From contig CAWKNA010000003.1 in assembly GCA_963850875.1 (NCBI GenBank), positions 78,972 to 142,971 of the forward strand: a DNA stretch of 64,000 nt, read 5' to 3'. Positions 9,119 through 18,890 of this stretch are shown here, one piece after another; position 1 is the stretch's first letter; each line of letters begins with the position of its first letter. The notes below the pieces were generated by a model. It was not told where the DNA came from. It did no database searches and worked only from the letters and a program-made list of their open reading frames with translations. Both the position numbers and the translations under genes were made by a program. Origin of the DNA: an uncultured Actinomycetota bacterium (lineage in GTDB: Bacteria > Actinomycetota > Actinomycetes > Streptosporangiales > Streptosporangiaceae).

Positions 9119-10044
9119 TGAGCTCTGGCCCGCAGCGAGCCTGCATGGTCGGGCACGTAGGTCTGCATGTCCCGCGGCATCCGGACGTACCCCTGAGCCG
9201 GCGGCCGTGGCGGCAAGGCGATGGGCATCCGCTGCACATCCTGATAGGGGATGGTCGAGAGCAGGTGGGCGATCATATTGATCCTGGCGCTGCGCTTGTC
9301 GTCGCTTTCGACGACGTGCCACGGCGCCTCCGGGATGTCGGTGTGCACGAACATCTCGTCCTTGCTACGGGAGTAGTCCTCCCACCGGGTGATCGACTCC
9401 AGGTCCATCGGGGACAGCTTCCACCGTCGCATCGGGTCCTCAAGCCGGGACCTGAACCGCCGCTCCTGCTCTTCATCGCTGACCGAGAACCAGTACTTCC
9501 GCAGCAGGACGCCGTCTTCGACCAGTAGCCGCTCGAAGATCGGGCACTGATGCAGGAAGCGTCCGTACTCCTCCTTCGTGCAGAACCCGAGCACATGCTC
9601 GACCCCGGCCCGGTTGTACCAGCTGCGGTCGAACAGCACGATCTGGCCGCCAGCGGGCAGATGGCTGATGTAGCGCTGGAAGTACCATTCGGTCTGTTCC
9701 CGCTCGGTCGGGGCCGGCAGTGCGACGATCTGGGCGACGCGGGGGTTCAGGTACTGGGTCACCCGCTTGATGGTGCTTCCCTTGCCGGCCGCGTCGCGGC
9801 CCTCGAAGATCACCACGATCCTGGTCCGCTCGGCGCGCACCCACTCCTGCAGCTTCACCAACTCTGCCTGCAGCCTGAACAGCTCGGTTTCGTACAGCGA
9901 GCGCTTCATCCGGTGCACGCCGCTGGCTGCTGGCGCTTTGTCCTTCGCGCTTCGGTCGGCGTCAGCAGCGGCCTTGCCGGTAGACCCGGCGGCTCTGCCG
10001 GGGTTCTTGGCTGTCTTGCCGGGCCTGCTGTCGCTGCCAGCCAA
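9115..10044 (-). CDS. ppk2: polyphosphate kinase 2
   Basis: YETELFRLQAELVKLQEW, Walker A-like FEGRDAAGKGSTI, FDRSWYNRAGVE. TTG start preceded by AGGAGG. Confidence 0.9.
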   Translation of the reverse strand: MAGSDSRPGKTAKNPGRAAGSTGKAAADADRSAKDKAPAASGVHRMKRSLYETELFRLQAELVKLQEWVRAERTRIVVIFEGRDAAGKGSTIKRVTQYLNPRVAQIVALPAPTEREQTEWYFQRYISHLPAGGQIVLFDRSWYNRAGVEHVLGFCTKEEYGRFLHQCPIFERLLVEDGVLLRKYWFSVSDEEQERRFRSRLEDPMRRWKLSPMDLESITRWEDYSRSKDEMFVHTDIPEAPWHVVESDDKRSARINMIAHLLSTIPYQDVQRMPIALPPRPPAQGYVRMPRDMQTYVPDHAGSLRARAH

Positions 10045-10234
10045 TGCGGCACCTCCTGCTTACAACCGCGCGATAAGCCATCCCCGGCTGATTCGTACCC
10101 GATTCAGAGCATGCCGGACCTGGCGATGGCCGGGTTGCCAGAAAGGTCTCGATCGGGTCACTCATGATTGACCGACAGCCGCGAGGTTCGGCGGATGAGG
10201 GCTGGTCCGGCTCGACCAGACGGTCGGCTGGCGC

Positions 10235-11431
10235 CTATCCCGCGCTCCACGCCGATCCGCCGGTGTTCCACACCGGCTGGCCGAGGTAGCCGCGGGCGAC
10301 CATGGTGACGTACTGGTAGACCGCGTCCTCAGCCGGTGAGAGCGGCCCGGGCACGGCGTGCGGCGAGGACAGCCCGCGCTGCACGGATTCGCATGCGGCC
10401 CAGTCCTGCCGGTTGGTCAGGTCCCAGAACTCAATGGCATAGCCAGGGTCAAAACCGGGCTGCTCAACCGCCTCGGGCGCGAACGCCCAGCTGCACTCGA
10501 TCTTGGTACGGTCCGCCGCAAGCGGCAGCAGTCGGTGCACCATCACATAGTCCGGGTGCAGGCTGATCAGCACATTCGGGAACACGTTCAGGTAGATCAC
10601 GGTGCGCAGGCCGGTGCCGTCCAGACCGCGCAGCGGGACGCCGTGGCTGACTCCGTCCAGAGACATCGTGGCCATCCCGTCCCGCAGGTCCATCCAGCCG
10701 CCGACCCAGGTGCCTGGCGCGTCGTAGTTCTCCCCGCTCTTCGGCGGGCTGACCTGGCACAGCTCCGGGTGGATCGCCGGGCAGTGATAGCACTCGTGAT
10801 AGTTCTCGGTCAGAATCTTCCAGTTGGCTGCCGCGTCGTACTCATGCTGGCCGGCGACCACCAGACGCCCCATCTCGTACGGGGCGAGAATGTCATCCAG
10901 CGTGCGCAGCGCGTCTGCAAGCGGCGCTGCCCGGCCCGAGCCGTCGACGAAGACGAGTCCGTGCCATTCGACCAGCGGCAGCTCGATGAGTCCCCACTGG
11001 TCTGCGTTAAAGCCAGGTCGGTTCTTGAAGCTCGCGGCCGCGCGAAGATCCCCTTTGAGTGAGTACGTCCACGAGTGGTAAGGGCAGATAATGACGCCCT
11101 GGCTCGCGGTCGAGCCGCACGGGAGCAGCTCATGGCCGCGGTGGCGGCAGGTGTTAGCGAAGGCACGCAAGACGCCGCTTTCGTCCCTGGAGAGCAGGAC
11201 GCCGCCGGCGCCGACCGGCTCGGCCCGCTGAGTGCCGGGGCTGGCAACCTGGTCGCTGCGGCCCACGCACAGCCAGCCGCCGCCGAAGAAGTTGCGCTGC
11301 TCCCAGTCGAAGACGGCCTGGTCGACGTAGGCGGCTCTGGGCAGCATCCGGCTCTGCCCGAACGGGCGCAGTGACTCGGCGAGTGCGGCGGCATCCAGTG
11401 GAGCGGGCGGCGAGATTAGCTGACTGACCAT
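10235..11431 (-). CDS. Rieske [2Fe-2S] aromatic ring-hydroxylating oxygenase, alpha subunit
   Basis: Rieske motif CRHRGHEL...CPYHSW. Catalytic domain region NYHECYHCP. Confidence 0.9.
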   Translation of the reverse strand: MVSQLISPPAPLDAAALAESLRPFGQSRMLPRAAYVDQAVFDWEQRNFFGGGWLCVGRSDQVASPGTQRAEPVGAGGVLLSRDESGVLRAFANTCRHRGHELLPCGSTASQGVIICPYHSWTYSLKGDLRAAASFKNRPGFNADQWGLIELPLVEWHGLVFVDGSGRAAPLADALRTLDDILAPYEMGRLVVAGQHEYDAAANWKILTENYHECYHCPAIHPELCQVSPPKSGENYDAPGTWVGGWMDLRDGMATMSLDGVSHGVPLRGLDGTGLRTVIYLNVFPNVLISLHPDYVMVHRLLPLAADRTKIECSWAFAPEAVEQPGFDPGYAIEFWDLTNRQDWAACESVQRGLSSPHAVPGPLSPAEDAVYQYVTMVARGYLGQPVWNTGGSAWSAG

Positions 11432-11560
11432 ACAGTCAAGAATAGGTGGTGCTGACCAGGGTGTCCAGGGTGCGAGAGGTCCCGCAGCACGCTGTACGCA
11501 GCTGACCAGCGGTCAGTCCCGGTGCGAGGTCGGGTGGCGACACTCGGTAGCGTAAACGTT

Positions 11561-12001
11561 ATGCCGACCAAGCTGACGATCGCTGCCGGGGTGCTGGTCC
11601 CAGCCGCCCCTGAGCGGGTCTGGGAAGCGGCTATCGACTGGCGCCGACAGCGAGAGTGGATCTGGGCCACCCGGGTGGATGGCGGGAACGGCGCCGGCGC
11701 CGCGGTGAGCGGGTGGACCGGCATCGGGCGGATCGGATTCACCGACACCATGGTGATCACCGAGTGGGACCCGCCAAGACGGTGCACGGTCACGCACACC
11801 GGAAAGGTCGTGCGCGGCTCAGGCGAGTTCGAGGTCCACCCGCGCGGCGACAGATCCGAGTTCCGCTGGATCGAGCGGATCGAGCTGCCGCTGCCACCAG
11901 CGCTCGGCAGGCTGGCAGCGGCCGTCATCGGGCCGGTCGCCAGGCTAGGTCTTGGCTCGTCGCTGCACCGTTTCGCCCGGTTGTTCCCGGCCCGGCGGTA
12001 G
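11561..12001 (+). CDS. SRPBCC (polyketide cyclase/dehydrase-like) family protein
   Basis: ATG at 11561 (MPTKLTIAAGVLVPAAPERVWEAAIDW). About 146 aa, typical of SRPBCC. Confidence 0.75.
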   Translation: MPTKLTIAAGVLVPAAPERVWEAAIDWRRQREWIWATRVDGGNGAGAAVSGWTGIGRIGFTDTMVITEWDPPRRCTVTHTGKVVRGSGEFEVHPRGDRSEFRWIERIELPLPPALGRLAAAVIGPVARLGLGSSLHRFARLFPARR

Positions 12002-12027
12002 CATTCGGGTCGGCCCCGACCACCCGG

Positions 12028-12891
12028 TCACCCAGCAGGCAGCCCGAGCCTGGTGCGGGCCCAGGCCCGCAGGCCGGCCGGGGGTTCGAACGGGACTGCC
12101 TGCTGTGCCAGCGGCAGCACCTGATCAAGCACGCCAGCCAGGGCAGCTGCGGCTGTCGCCAGTGCCGCCGGGTCCAGGCCGGGAGCGGTGGACTCCATTC
12201 CAGGCGGAACGGCCTGCCCCGGAGTATCCAGCACCGAGGTCAGCCCGAACGCGGGGTAGATCGCGCCGATTGCCAGCGCCCACAGCCTCCAGGTCTGGCT
12301 CCTGGCCGCTTCGAGCTGGCTCCTGGCTTCCCAGGCCGATCCGCGATCGAGGTACTTCACCAGGTCACCGAGCGCGAGCCAGGCGAGGCTGGCCCACTCT
12401 CTCGCCGTCTGCACGGTGACCAGCGCGGCAGCTGGCGTCCAGGGCCGCGCCAGCTGGCCGTCGACGTCGTACAGCGCGACCGATAGCGGCGGCAGTCCGG
12501 CGCGCCATGAGGCCGGCTGGACGACGAGGCTCAGCTGCAGGCCGGAGGCGTACAAGGTGAACAGGTGCCGTGCGTTCTGCCCGGCTTCGCCGCCGAAGGG
12601 CTGCTCGAACTCGTCGGCGATGGGGCCGGCCGCACGGATGACCTCCTGCACCGCGGCAACAGTGTCCGGCCACTGTCCGTCGGCGATGCCGAGCCCGGCG
12701 TCGATGTCGGACAGCTCGTCGCCGGCACCCCTGGCGAGCGAGCCGGCGAGCTCTATCCAGCGGATCGCAGGGTCGGCCTCGGCAGCGTCGAGCAGGATGC
12801 CGAGCAGATCGCGCTGCGCACTGACCTCAGGCGGCAGCTGTGACAGCCATGATCGTCCGCCGGGTGTGCCAGTGCCGCCCAGGCCGCCCAC
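12028..12891 (-). CDS. nucleotidyltransferase domain protein (Pol-beta superfamily)
   Basis: GS-x-aRG...D-x-D signature: ELAGSLARGAGDELSDIDAGLGI. Confidence 0.7.
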   Translation of the reverse strand: MGGLGGTGTPGGRSWLSQLPPEVSAQRDLLGILLDAAEADPAIRWIELAGSLARGAGDELSDIDAGLGIADGQWPDTVAAVQEVIRAAGPIADEFEQPFGGEAGQNARHLFTLYASGLQLSLVVQPASWRAGLPPLSVALYDVDGQLARPWTPAAALVTVQTAREWASLAWLALGDLVKYLDRGSAWEARSQLEAARSQTWRLWALAIGAIYPAFGLTSVLDTPGQAVPPGMESTAPGLDPAALATAAAALAGVLDQVLPLAQQAVPFEPPAGLRAWARTRLGLPAG

Positions 12892-12905
12892 CGACGAGGC
12901 CGCAC

Positions 12906-13313
12906 TCAGACTGCGGCAGGCGCCGGGCCGGCCGACGCGCTGGCACTGGACCAGCAGCGCACGATATCGCGCATCGACAGCAGGCCTGCCACCCGGCCGT
13001 CCTTGATGACCACCAGATGCCTGAAGCCGCCAGCCACCATGGACTTGGCTGCTTGCTCCAAGGTCCAGTCCGGCGCGGCGAACACGATGTCAGCGGTCCG
13101 GTGGTCGGCGACCATCTCCGCATCCGGATCCTGGTCGGCCCCGATTGAATCCAGGATGTCGCGCTCGGTAAGGATGCCGATCCCGGAGTGCTCATGATCG
13201 ATCACCACCGCGGCGCCGACGCGATGCGTCGACATCAGCCGAGCCGCCTCGCGCAGTGTGTGCGCGGGACCGAGGCTCAGAACTACCGTGCTCATGCCGT
13301 CCTGCACGTTCAT
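12906..13313 (-). CDS. CBS domain pair protein
   Basis: 135 aa. Two CBS-like units: HRVGAAVVID...GILTERDIL and FRHLVVIKDGRVAGLLSMRDIV. Confidence 0.85.
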   Translation of the reverse strand: MNVQDGMSTVVLSLGPAHTLREAARLMSTHRVGAAVVIDHEHSGIGILTERDILDSIGADQDPDAEMVADHRTADIVFAAPDWTLEQAAKSMVAGGFRHLVVIKDGRVAGLLSMRDIVRCWSSASASAGPAPAAV

Positions 13314-13556
13314 GATCCGATCACTTCCCCCGCGAGATAACCGATGCAGTCAGCCCGCATCGGGTCGAGGCCCGTTGACGAGCACATTTGTGATCTTGTG
13401 ATTTGTGCTGCCTCAAGCATCACGCATGAGGCTGCCCACGGCAAGCATGGCTAAGCGCGCACAGCCCGCAGGGACTGATCCCGGCCGGGCGGCTGATCCC
13501 AGCCGGTGGACGAACGGGTCAGCCGCGACGGCCGCCTGGTCATGCCAACGGCCAGG

Positions 13557-14366
13557 TCAGCCCCGGTGGGCCGCCCGGTCAGGCTTGCTTGCCAGCAGAT
13601 CAAGTACCTCCGCGTGCAGCAGGCCATTGGTGCAGAGCGCGCTGCCGCCGTCTGGAGTGGCGGCGCCGGACAGATCGGTAAAGGCACCCCCGGCTTCCTG
13701 CACGATGATCTGCAGCGCAGCCAGGTCCCACAGCGAGACCTCTGACTCGGCCGAGATGTCCACTGCTCCCTCGGCTACCAGCACGTGCGACCAGAAATCG
13801 CCGTAGGCGCGGGTCCGCCAGACCGATCTGGTCAGGTCCAGGAACTGGTCAAGCTGCCCGGCTTTCTCCCAGCTGGCTAGGTCTGAGTACGACATCGAGG
13901 CGTCCTGCAGCCGGGAGACCTCGGAGACCCGGCACGCGGTGGCCTTGGTCAGGGAGCGTCCGGTCCAGGCGCCGCCGTCTCTGGCGCCCCACCAGCGCCG
14001 AGCCAGGGCCGGGGCGGAGACGACGCCCACCGTGACCTCGTTGCCGGCCATCAGCGCGATCAGGGTGGCCCAGACCGGTACGCCGCGGACGAAGTTCTGA
14101 GTCCCATCGATCGGATCGATCACCCAGCAGCGCTGACCTACCCCGGTCCGGCCGAACTCCTCGCCGAGCATCGCGTCGCGCGGCCTGGCCCGGCTGAGCA
14201 CGTTCCGCAGCGATTCCTCGGTCGCCAGGTCGGCGTCGGTGACCGGGGTCATGTCGGCTTTAGCCTGAACGCTCAGGTCCAGGGCACGGAATCGGCGCAT
14301 GGTGATGTCGTCCGCCGCGTCCGCAAGCACGTGGGCGAACCGCAGGTCGTCATCAAAACCCGCCAT
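13557..14366 (-). CDS. hisN: histidinol-phosphatase (inositol monophosphatase family)
   Basis: WVIDPIDGTQNFVRGVPVWATLIAL, YGDFWSHVLVAEGAVDI, WDLAAL. Close overall resemblance to mycobacterial HisN (recalled). Start at MAGFDDD (ATG 14364-14366). Confidence 0.8.
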   Translation of the reverse strand: MAGFDDDLRFAHVLADAADDITMRRFRALDLSVQAKADMTPVTDADLATEESLRNVLSRARPRDAMLGEEFGRTGVGQRCWVIDPIDGTQNFVRGVPVWATLIALMAGNEVTVGVVSAPALARRWWGARDGGAWTGRSLTKATACRVSEVSRLQDASMSYSDLASWEKAGQLDQFLDLTRSVWRTRAYGDFWSHVLVAEGAVDISAESEVSLWDLAALQIIVQEAGGAFTDLSGAATPDGGSALCTNGLLHAEVLDLLASKPDRAAHRG

Positions 14367-14437
14367 GCAGCGAAACGCTATCGCTAATGAGGGCAGTGGG
14401 ACCACGCCCGGTCCGTCTTAGCCCGGTCTGAGCGCGG

Positions 14438-15451
14438 CTACGACTCGTCGGAGTCGCCGCCGTCCCGGCTCCGCAACAGCCGGCGGAGCGAGTCAAGGCG
14501 GGCCGCCAGCGAATCTCCGCCAGCAGCGGCTACCCAGCCGTCGAGAGCGCAGTCCGGCTGCAGGTGGCCGCAGCCCGGCGGGCAGCCGGTCGCCCCCTCG
14601 GCCAGATCGGGAAAGGCGCGGACAACCCGCTCGGGCGACATGTGGCCTAGCCCGAAGCTGCGCAGGCCCGGGGTATCGATCAGCCAGCCTCCCCCCGGCA
14701 GCGGCAGCGCGACCGCCGACGATGAGGTGTGCCGGCCGCGGCCGGTAACCGGGCTGACCAGGCCCACGGCCCGGTGCGCATCCGGGATCAGCATGTTGAC
14801 CAGAGTCGACTTGCCGACTCCCGAATGCCCGACCAGGACGCTGATCTTCCCGGCGAGCAGGCCGCGTAGCTCGGCAAGCAGCTGGTCGGACACCGGTCGG
14901 CCGAGTACCAGGCAGCGGAACCCGAGCGGGGCGTAGACCGGCAAGATCGCTTCCGGACCGGCCAGGTCGGCCTTGGTCAGGCAGAGCACCGGCTCGAGCC
15001 CGGCGTCATAGGCGGCGGCCAGGAACCTGTCGATCAGCCGCAGCCGGGGAGGCGGGTCCGCGAGCGCGCACACGATCACCAGCTGGTCGGCATTGGCGAC
15101 GATGTCCCGCTCCACCGGATCGGTGTCGTCGGCGGATCGGCGGAGCACGGACCGGCGCGGCGAGATCCTGACCACCCTCGCCAGCGTGCCGGGCGCCCCG
15201 GTGATGTCGCCGGCCAGGCTGACCGTGTCGCCGACGACGATGTTGCCCCGGCCCAGTTCGCGCGCCTTCATCGCGTTGACCGCCTGGTCGCCGATCAGGC
15301 AGCGGTACCTGCCGCGGTCGACAGCGAGCACGAAGGCCTCGACTGCGTCCTGATGAGCCGGCCGTCGCCGGGTACGCGGCCGGGAGCCGCGGCCGGCCCT
15401 GACCCGGATGTCGTCCTCGTCCATCCCGCTGTGCCGGGTTTGCCCGGTCAC
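14438..15451 (-). CDS. rsgA: ribosome small-subunit-dependent GTPase A
   Basis: P-loop VGHSGVGKSTLVN, DTPG, C-terminal Zn cluster CPPGCGHLQPDC. Alternative start at Met10 (15424). Confidence 0.9.
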   Translation of the reverse strand: MTGQTRHSGMDEDDIRVRAGRGSRPRTRRRPAHQDAVEAFVLAVDRGRYRCLIGDQAVNAMKARELGRGNIVVGDTVSLAGDITGAPGTLARVVRISPRRSVLRRSADDTDPVERDIVANADQLVIVCALADPPPRLRLIDRFLAAAYDAGLEPVLCLTKADLAGPEAILPVYAPLGFRCLVLGRPVSDQLLAELRGLLAGKISVLVGHSGVGKSTLVNMLIPDAHRAVGLVSPVTGRGRHTSSSAVALPLPGGGWLIDTPGLRSFGLGHMSPERVVRAFPDLAEGATGCPPGCGHLQPDCALDGWVAAAGGDSLAARLDSLRRLLRSRDGGDSDES

Positions 15452-15559
15452 CGTGCCAGACCGCTCGTCATGGGCCCTCGCTCATCATCCGCCCTCCTGC
15501 GGCATCACCTGTATGTGGCACCGCTGCATGTAGCACAGCATCGCGCTGATGGCGGGGGA

Positions 15560-17092
15560 TCACCCGGCTGGCGCCAGAATCTGCGCCCAGAGCCGGTCGA
15601 ACCCGGGGAACGTCTTGCCGGCGGTGGCCGCGTTACGCACCCGCAGGCCGGCTGTCACCAGGCCGAGAACGGCAGCCGCCATCACCAGCCGGTGGTCGTC
15701 GTGACTGTCGAAGACCACGCCGTCGGCTCGCAGCGGCCGCGGGATGACCCGCAGCCCGTCGGGCAGCTCGGTGACGTCGCCGCCCAGCTTGCCGATCTCG
15801 CCGGCCAGCGCGGCGAGCCGATCGCTTTCATGGCGGCGCAGATGGCCGATGCCGGTGAACTCAGACGGCGAGTCGGCCAGCGCCGCAAGGGCGGTCAGTA
15901 CTGGCGTCAGCTCGCCGACCTCGCTCAGGTCGGCGAAGACGCCGCGGATCTGGCCGGAGCCGCTGACCCGAAGTCCGGCCGGCGTGTGGGTCACGGTGCC
16001 GCCCATCGCGGCCAGCAGACCGAGGATCTGCCTGGCTGGCTGCAGGCTGTTCGCTGGCCAGTCAGCCACGGTCACCTCGCCGCCGGTAGCAAGTGCCGCG
16101 GCAAGGAAGGGGGTGGCATTAGACAGGTCCGGCTCGATGTCGATCCGCCCCGCTGAGATCGGACCAGGAGCTACTCGCCAGATATTCGAAACGGATCGTC
16201 CGGCGCCGGTGCTCACATCGACGCCGCAGGCACGCAGCATCCGGACGGTCATCTCGATGTGCGGTGCCGACGGCACCGGGTCGCCCCGGTGCCTGATCTC
16301 GGCGCCGTTGTCGAATCGGGCGGCGGCCAGCAGCAATCCGGAGACCAGCTGAGAGGAGGAGGAAGCGTCAACGGTCACGGTTCCGCCGCGCAGCGCGCCG
16401 CGGCCGTGCACCAGGAACGGGATGATCCCCGTTCCGCCGTCCTCGATCTGCGCGCCACATTCCCGCAGGGCCGCAAGGAGCGGCCCCACCGGTCGCTTAG
16501 ACACCCTCGGGTCGCCGCGGAATGTCACATCGGCGCTGGTCAGCGCCGCGACCGGCGGAACGAAGCGGAGCACAGTGCCGGCGTTGCCGACGTCCACCTG
16601 CACGGCGGACCCGGCGCCTCCCAGCAGGCCTGGCTCGACCCGCCAGCAGCCCGCGTCGTTTGGCCCGGTAGCCCGGTCCGACCCGTCGGCCCGGTCTGGC
16701 CCGCTGGCCCGGTCTGGCCCACCTGCCTGGTCTGGGCCGCCTGCCTGGTCTGGTCGGTCGGCTCGGTCTGGCCTGGCTGGCCCGCTTGCCTGCTCGTGCC
16801 TGGCTGCCTGGTCAGGCCCGCCCAGGGCGCCCCCGGCGGTGGGGTCCTCGTCGATGCGGCAGCCGAGCGTCCGCAGTGCCGCGACCATCAGCGCGGTGTC
16901 CCTGGCGACCAGCGGACCGGTGATCAGAGTTGGGCGGTCGGAGAGGGCAGCGAGCACTAGCGCCCGGTTGGTCATCGACTTCGAGCCTGGCAGCCGCACC
17001 AGCGCCCGGACCGGACCGGTCGCCCGCGGCACCGCCCAGTCGGCGGCTTCGCTGCGCACCTGGCCGGCGCCGTGCGGCTGATCGGCGTTCAT
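15560..17092 (-). CDS. aroA: 3-phosphoshikimate 1-carboxyvinyltransferase (EPSP synthase) with a repeat-encoded insertion
   Basis: LPGSKSMTNRAL, GNAGTVLRF, DHRLVMAAA. 510 aa, versus about 430-450 for typical AroA (recalled). Confidence 0.9.
   Translation of the reverse strand: MNADQPHGAGQVRSEAADWAVPRATGPVRALVRLPGSKSMTNRALVLAALSDRPTLITGPLVARDTALMVAALRTLGCRIDEDPTAGGALGGPDQAARHEQASGPARPDRADRPDQAGGPDQAGGPDRASGPDRADGSDRATGPNDAGCWRVEPGLLGGAGSAVQVDVGNAGTVLRFVPPVAALTSADVTFRGDPRVSKRPVGPLLAALRECGAQIEDGGTGIIPFLVHGRGALRGGTVTVDASSSSQLVSGLLLAAARFDNGAEIRHRGDPVPSAPHIEMTVRMLRACGVDVSTGAGRSVSNIWRVAPGPISAGRIDIEPDLSNATPFLAAALATGGEVTVADWPANSLQPARQILGLLAAMGGTVTHTPAGLRVSGSGQIRGVFADLSEVGELTPVLTALAALADSPSEFTGIGHLRRHESDRLAALAGEIGKLGGDVTELPDGLRVIPRPLRADGVVFDSHDDHRLVMAAAVLGLVTAGLRVRNAATAGKTFPGFDRLWAQILAPAG
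16652..16846. repeat. in-frame 18-bp tandem repeat tract inside aroA
   Basis: GGTCTGG recurs at exact 18-nt spacing (16693, 16711, 16729, 16747, 16765). It encodes GPDQAG/GPDRAx hexapeptides. Confidence 0.9.
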
Positions 17093-17486
17093 CCTGCGAG
17101 GCTACCGAGCCCGGCTGCCTGCAGTCTCGCTGGCCAGTGCACCGGCCCGGTGCCAGCCTGCCAATCCAGCGGATCGACGGCCCTGCCGACCGGACCGGCC
17201 TGCGCTCGCTGGCTAGTCGAGCGGGCGCGGAGATCAGCGTGGATATTTCTCGGGGACAGTTGCTGAAAATCTCCACGCTCGCGCGATCTAGCAGAACGTG
17301 GTGCCTTTGCGAATGTTTGGCAGGGCCCCGACCTGGCTATGAACAGCGACAATCATTGCCAGCCTGCGGGGCCGACCCCGGCGACCCCCGGTTTCCGGTC
17401 AGTCACTGCGACAGTGTCCTGCAGACACCATTTCTGACCCGAGAAACCGCCCCCGGTCTCCCGCGACGCACTACGAAGGTGAGCAC

Positions 17487-18446
17487 ATGTGTGGCCGGTA
17501 TGCCTCAGCGCGCTCCCGCGTCGAGCTCCTCGAGGAGTTCGCCGTGCAGCGCGATCGTGTCGCTGAGTCGCTGCCGCCGGACTACAACGTGGCGCCCACC
17601 AAGCCGGTCTATGCCGTCATGACCAGGCAGGGGCGGGATGAGCCGCCGACGGCCGATGACCGAGCCAAGGCTGCCGCTGGTGCGCAGGCCAGCTCGGGTG
17701 CGGAGGACGCGACTGGAAGCCGGGGCGCGACTGGAAGCCGGGGCGCGACTGGAAGCCGGGGCGCGACCGGAAGCCGGGACGCGACCGGAAGCACCACCCG
17801 CGAGCTGAGGGTGGTTCGCTGGGGGCTGGTGCCCTCGTGGGCCAAAGACATCTCCATCGGCAGCAAGATGATCAATGCGCGAGCCGAGACAGTCAGCGAG
17901 AAGCCGGCCTTCAGGGCTGCCTTCGCCCGGCGCCGCTGCCTGCTTCCCGCGGACGGCTACTACGAATGGCAGCCGCCGCCGCCGGGGAGCAGCGGCCGGA
18001 AGCAGCCTTACTTCATCTGCCGTCCCGATCACGGCCCGCTCGCCTTTGCCGGTGTATACGAGTTGTGGCGCGATCGCGCGCTGCCCAGAGATCACCCCGG
18101 CGCCTGGCTCTGGACCGCGGCGATCATCACAACCACGGCGCCCGACGAACTTGGCGAGATCCATGACCGGATGCCCATGGTGATCGATCCGGCCAGCTGG
18201 GCAGACTGGCTTGACCCGGTCAGCACCGATCCAGGTGACGTCCGCGCGCTGCTTGTCCCGGCCGCGGCCAGCGGGCTGATGTCCTATCCGGTCTCGCTGG
18301 CGGTCAATTCGGTGCGTAACAACGGTCCTGAGCTGATCGACGCCGCCGACCCGGTCTGGCCGGCCGACGCAGACCAGGCCGGCGCCGGAGCATCAAGTGC
18401 CAGGTCAGCCAGGGCTGGCAGGCGGACTGACGGGCGTGAGACGTGA
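17487..18446 (+). CDS. SOS response-associated peptidase (SRAP/YedK/HMCES family) with a repeat insertion
   Basis: N-terminal MCGRY (catalytic Cys2), RWGLVPSWAKD, YYEW, MPMVI. 319 aa. Confidence 0.85.
   Translation: MCGRYASARSRVELLEEFAVQRDRVAESLPPDYNVAPTKPVYAVMTRQGRDEPPTADDRAKAAAGAQASSGAEDATGSRGATGSRGATGSRGATGSRDATGSTTRELRVVRWGLVPSWAKDISIGSKMINARAETVSEKPAFRAAFARRRCLLPADGYYEWQPPPPGSSGRKQPYFICRPDHGPLAFAGVYELWRDRALPRDHPGAWLWTAAIITTTAPDELGEIHDRMPMVIDPASWADWLDPVSTDPGDVRALLVPAAASGLMSYPVSLAVNSVRNNGPELIDAADPVWPADADQAGAGASSARSARAGRRTDGRET
17709..17792. repeat. 18-bp tandem repeat x about 4.7 inside the SRAP gene
   Basis: GCGACTGGAAGCCGGGGC x3, then GCGACCGGAAGCCGGGAC, then a 12-nt partial copy. Encodes ATGSRG x4. 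Confidence 0.95.
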
Positions 18447-18526
18447 ATGGCCCAGCGGGCGGACCGACGCCACGCGTCGGCTTGCTGGATCAATCGCGGA
18501 CAGGAGGTGCAGGTCGGTTGGAAACC

Positions 18527-18868
18527 ATGGCTGCTCGGAAGCGCCTTGAGGAAGTCAGGGACGAGTTGGACCGGTCGCTGGCGGTGCTGCACGGGTCTCA
18601 TCAGCAGTACCCGCTGGTCGCGGACTATCCGCAGGATCCGGCGGACGCGGGCACCAATCTGGCCGAATCCGACCGCTCCGAGGCGATCCTCGCGGCGGCC
18701 AGGGCGCGCCGTGCGCTGGTGCTCGACGCGCTGCAGCGGCTGGACGACGGTACCTACGGAACGTGCGTGGACTGCGGCGATCCGGTGCCGGAGAGCAGGC
18801 TGGAGGCCAAGCCAGAGGCAGCGAGATGCCTGACATGCCAGGCAAAGCGGGATCGACTGCGCCGCTGA
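18527..18868 (+). CDS. TraR/DksA family C4 zinc-finger protein
   Basis: CVDCGDPVPESRLEAKPEAARCLTC. Start at ATG 18527 (MAARKRLEEVRDEL). Confidence 0.75.
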   Translation: MAARKRLEEVRDELDRSLAVLHGSHQQYPLVADYPQDPADAGTNLAESDRSEAILAAARARRALVLDALQRLDDGTYGTCVDCGDPVPESRLEAKPEAARCLTCQAKRDRLRR

Positions 18869-18890
18869 ACGCTGACCTGGCCGGCCTGCC

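Noticed and set aside
17093-17486. LexA SOS box (TCGAAC-N4-GTTCGA) or RecA-independent (PafBC-type) promoter in the 394-bp region upstream of the SRAP gene.
   Set aside because: Only weak partial resemblances are present (GAACGTGGTGCC, CGACAGTG...). None match the consensus spacing.
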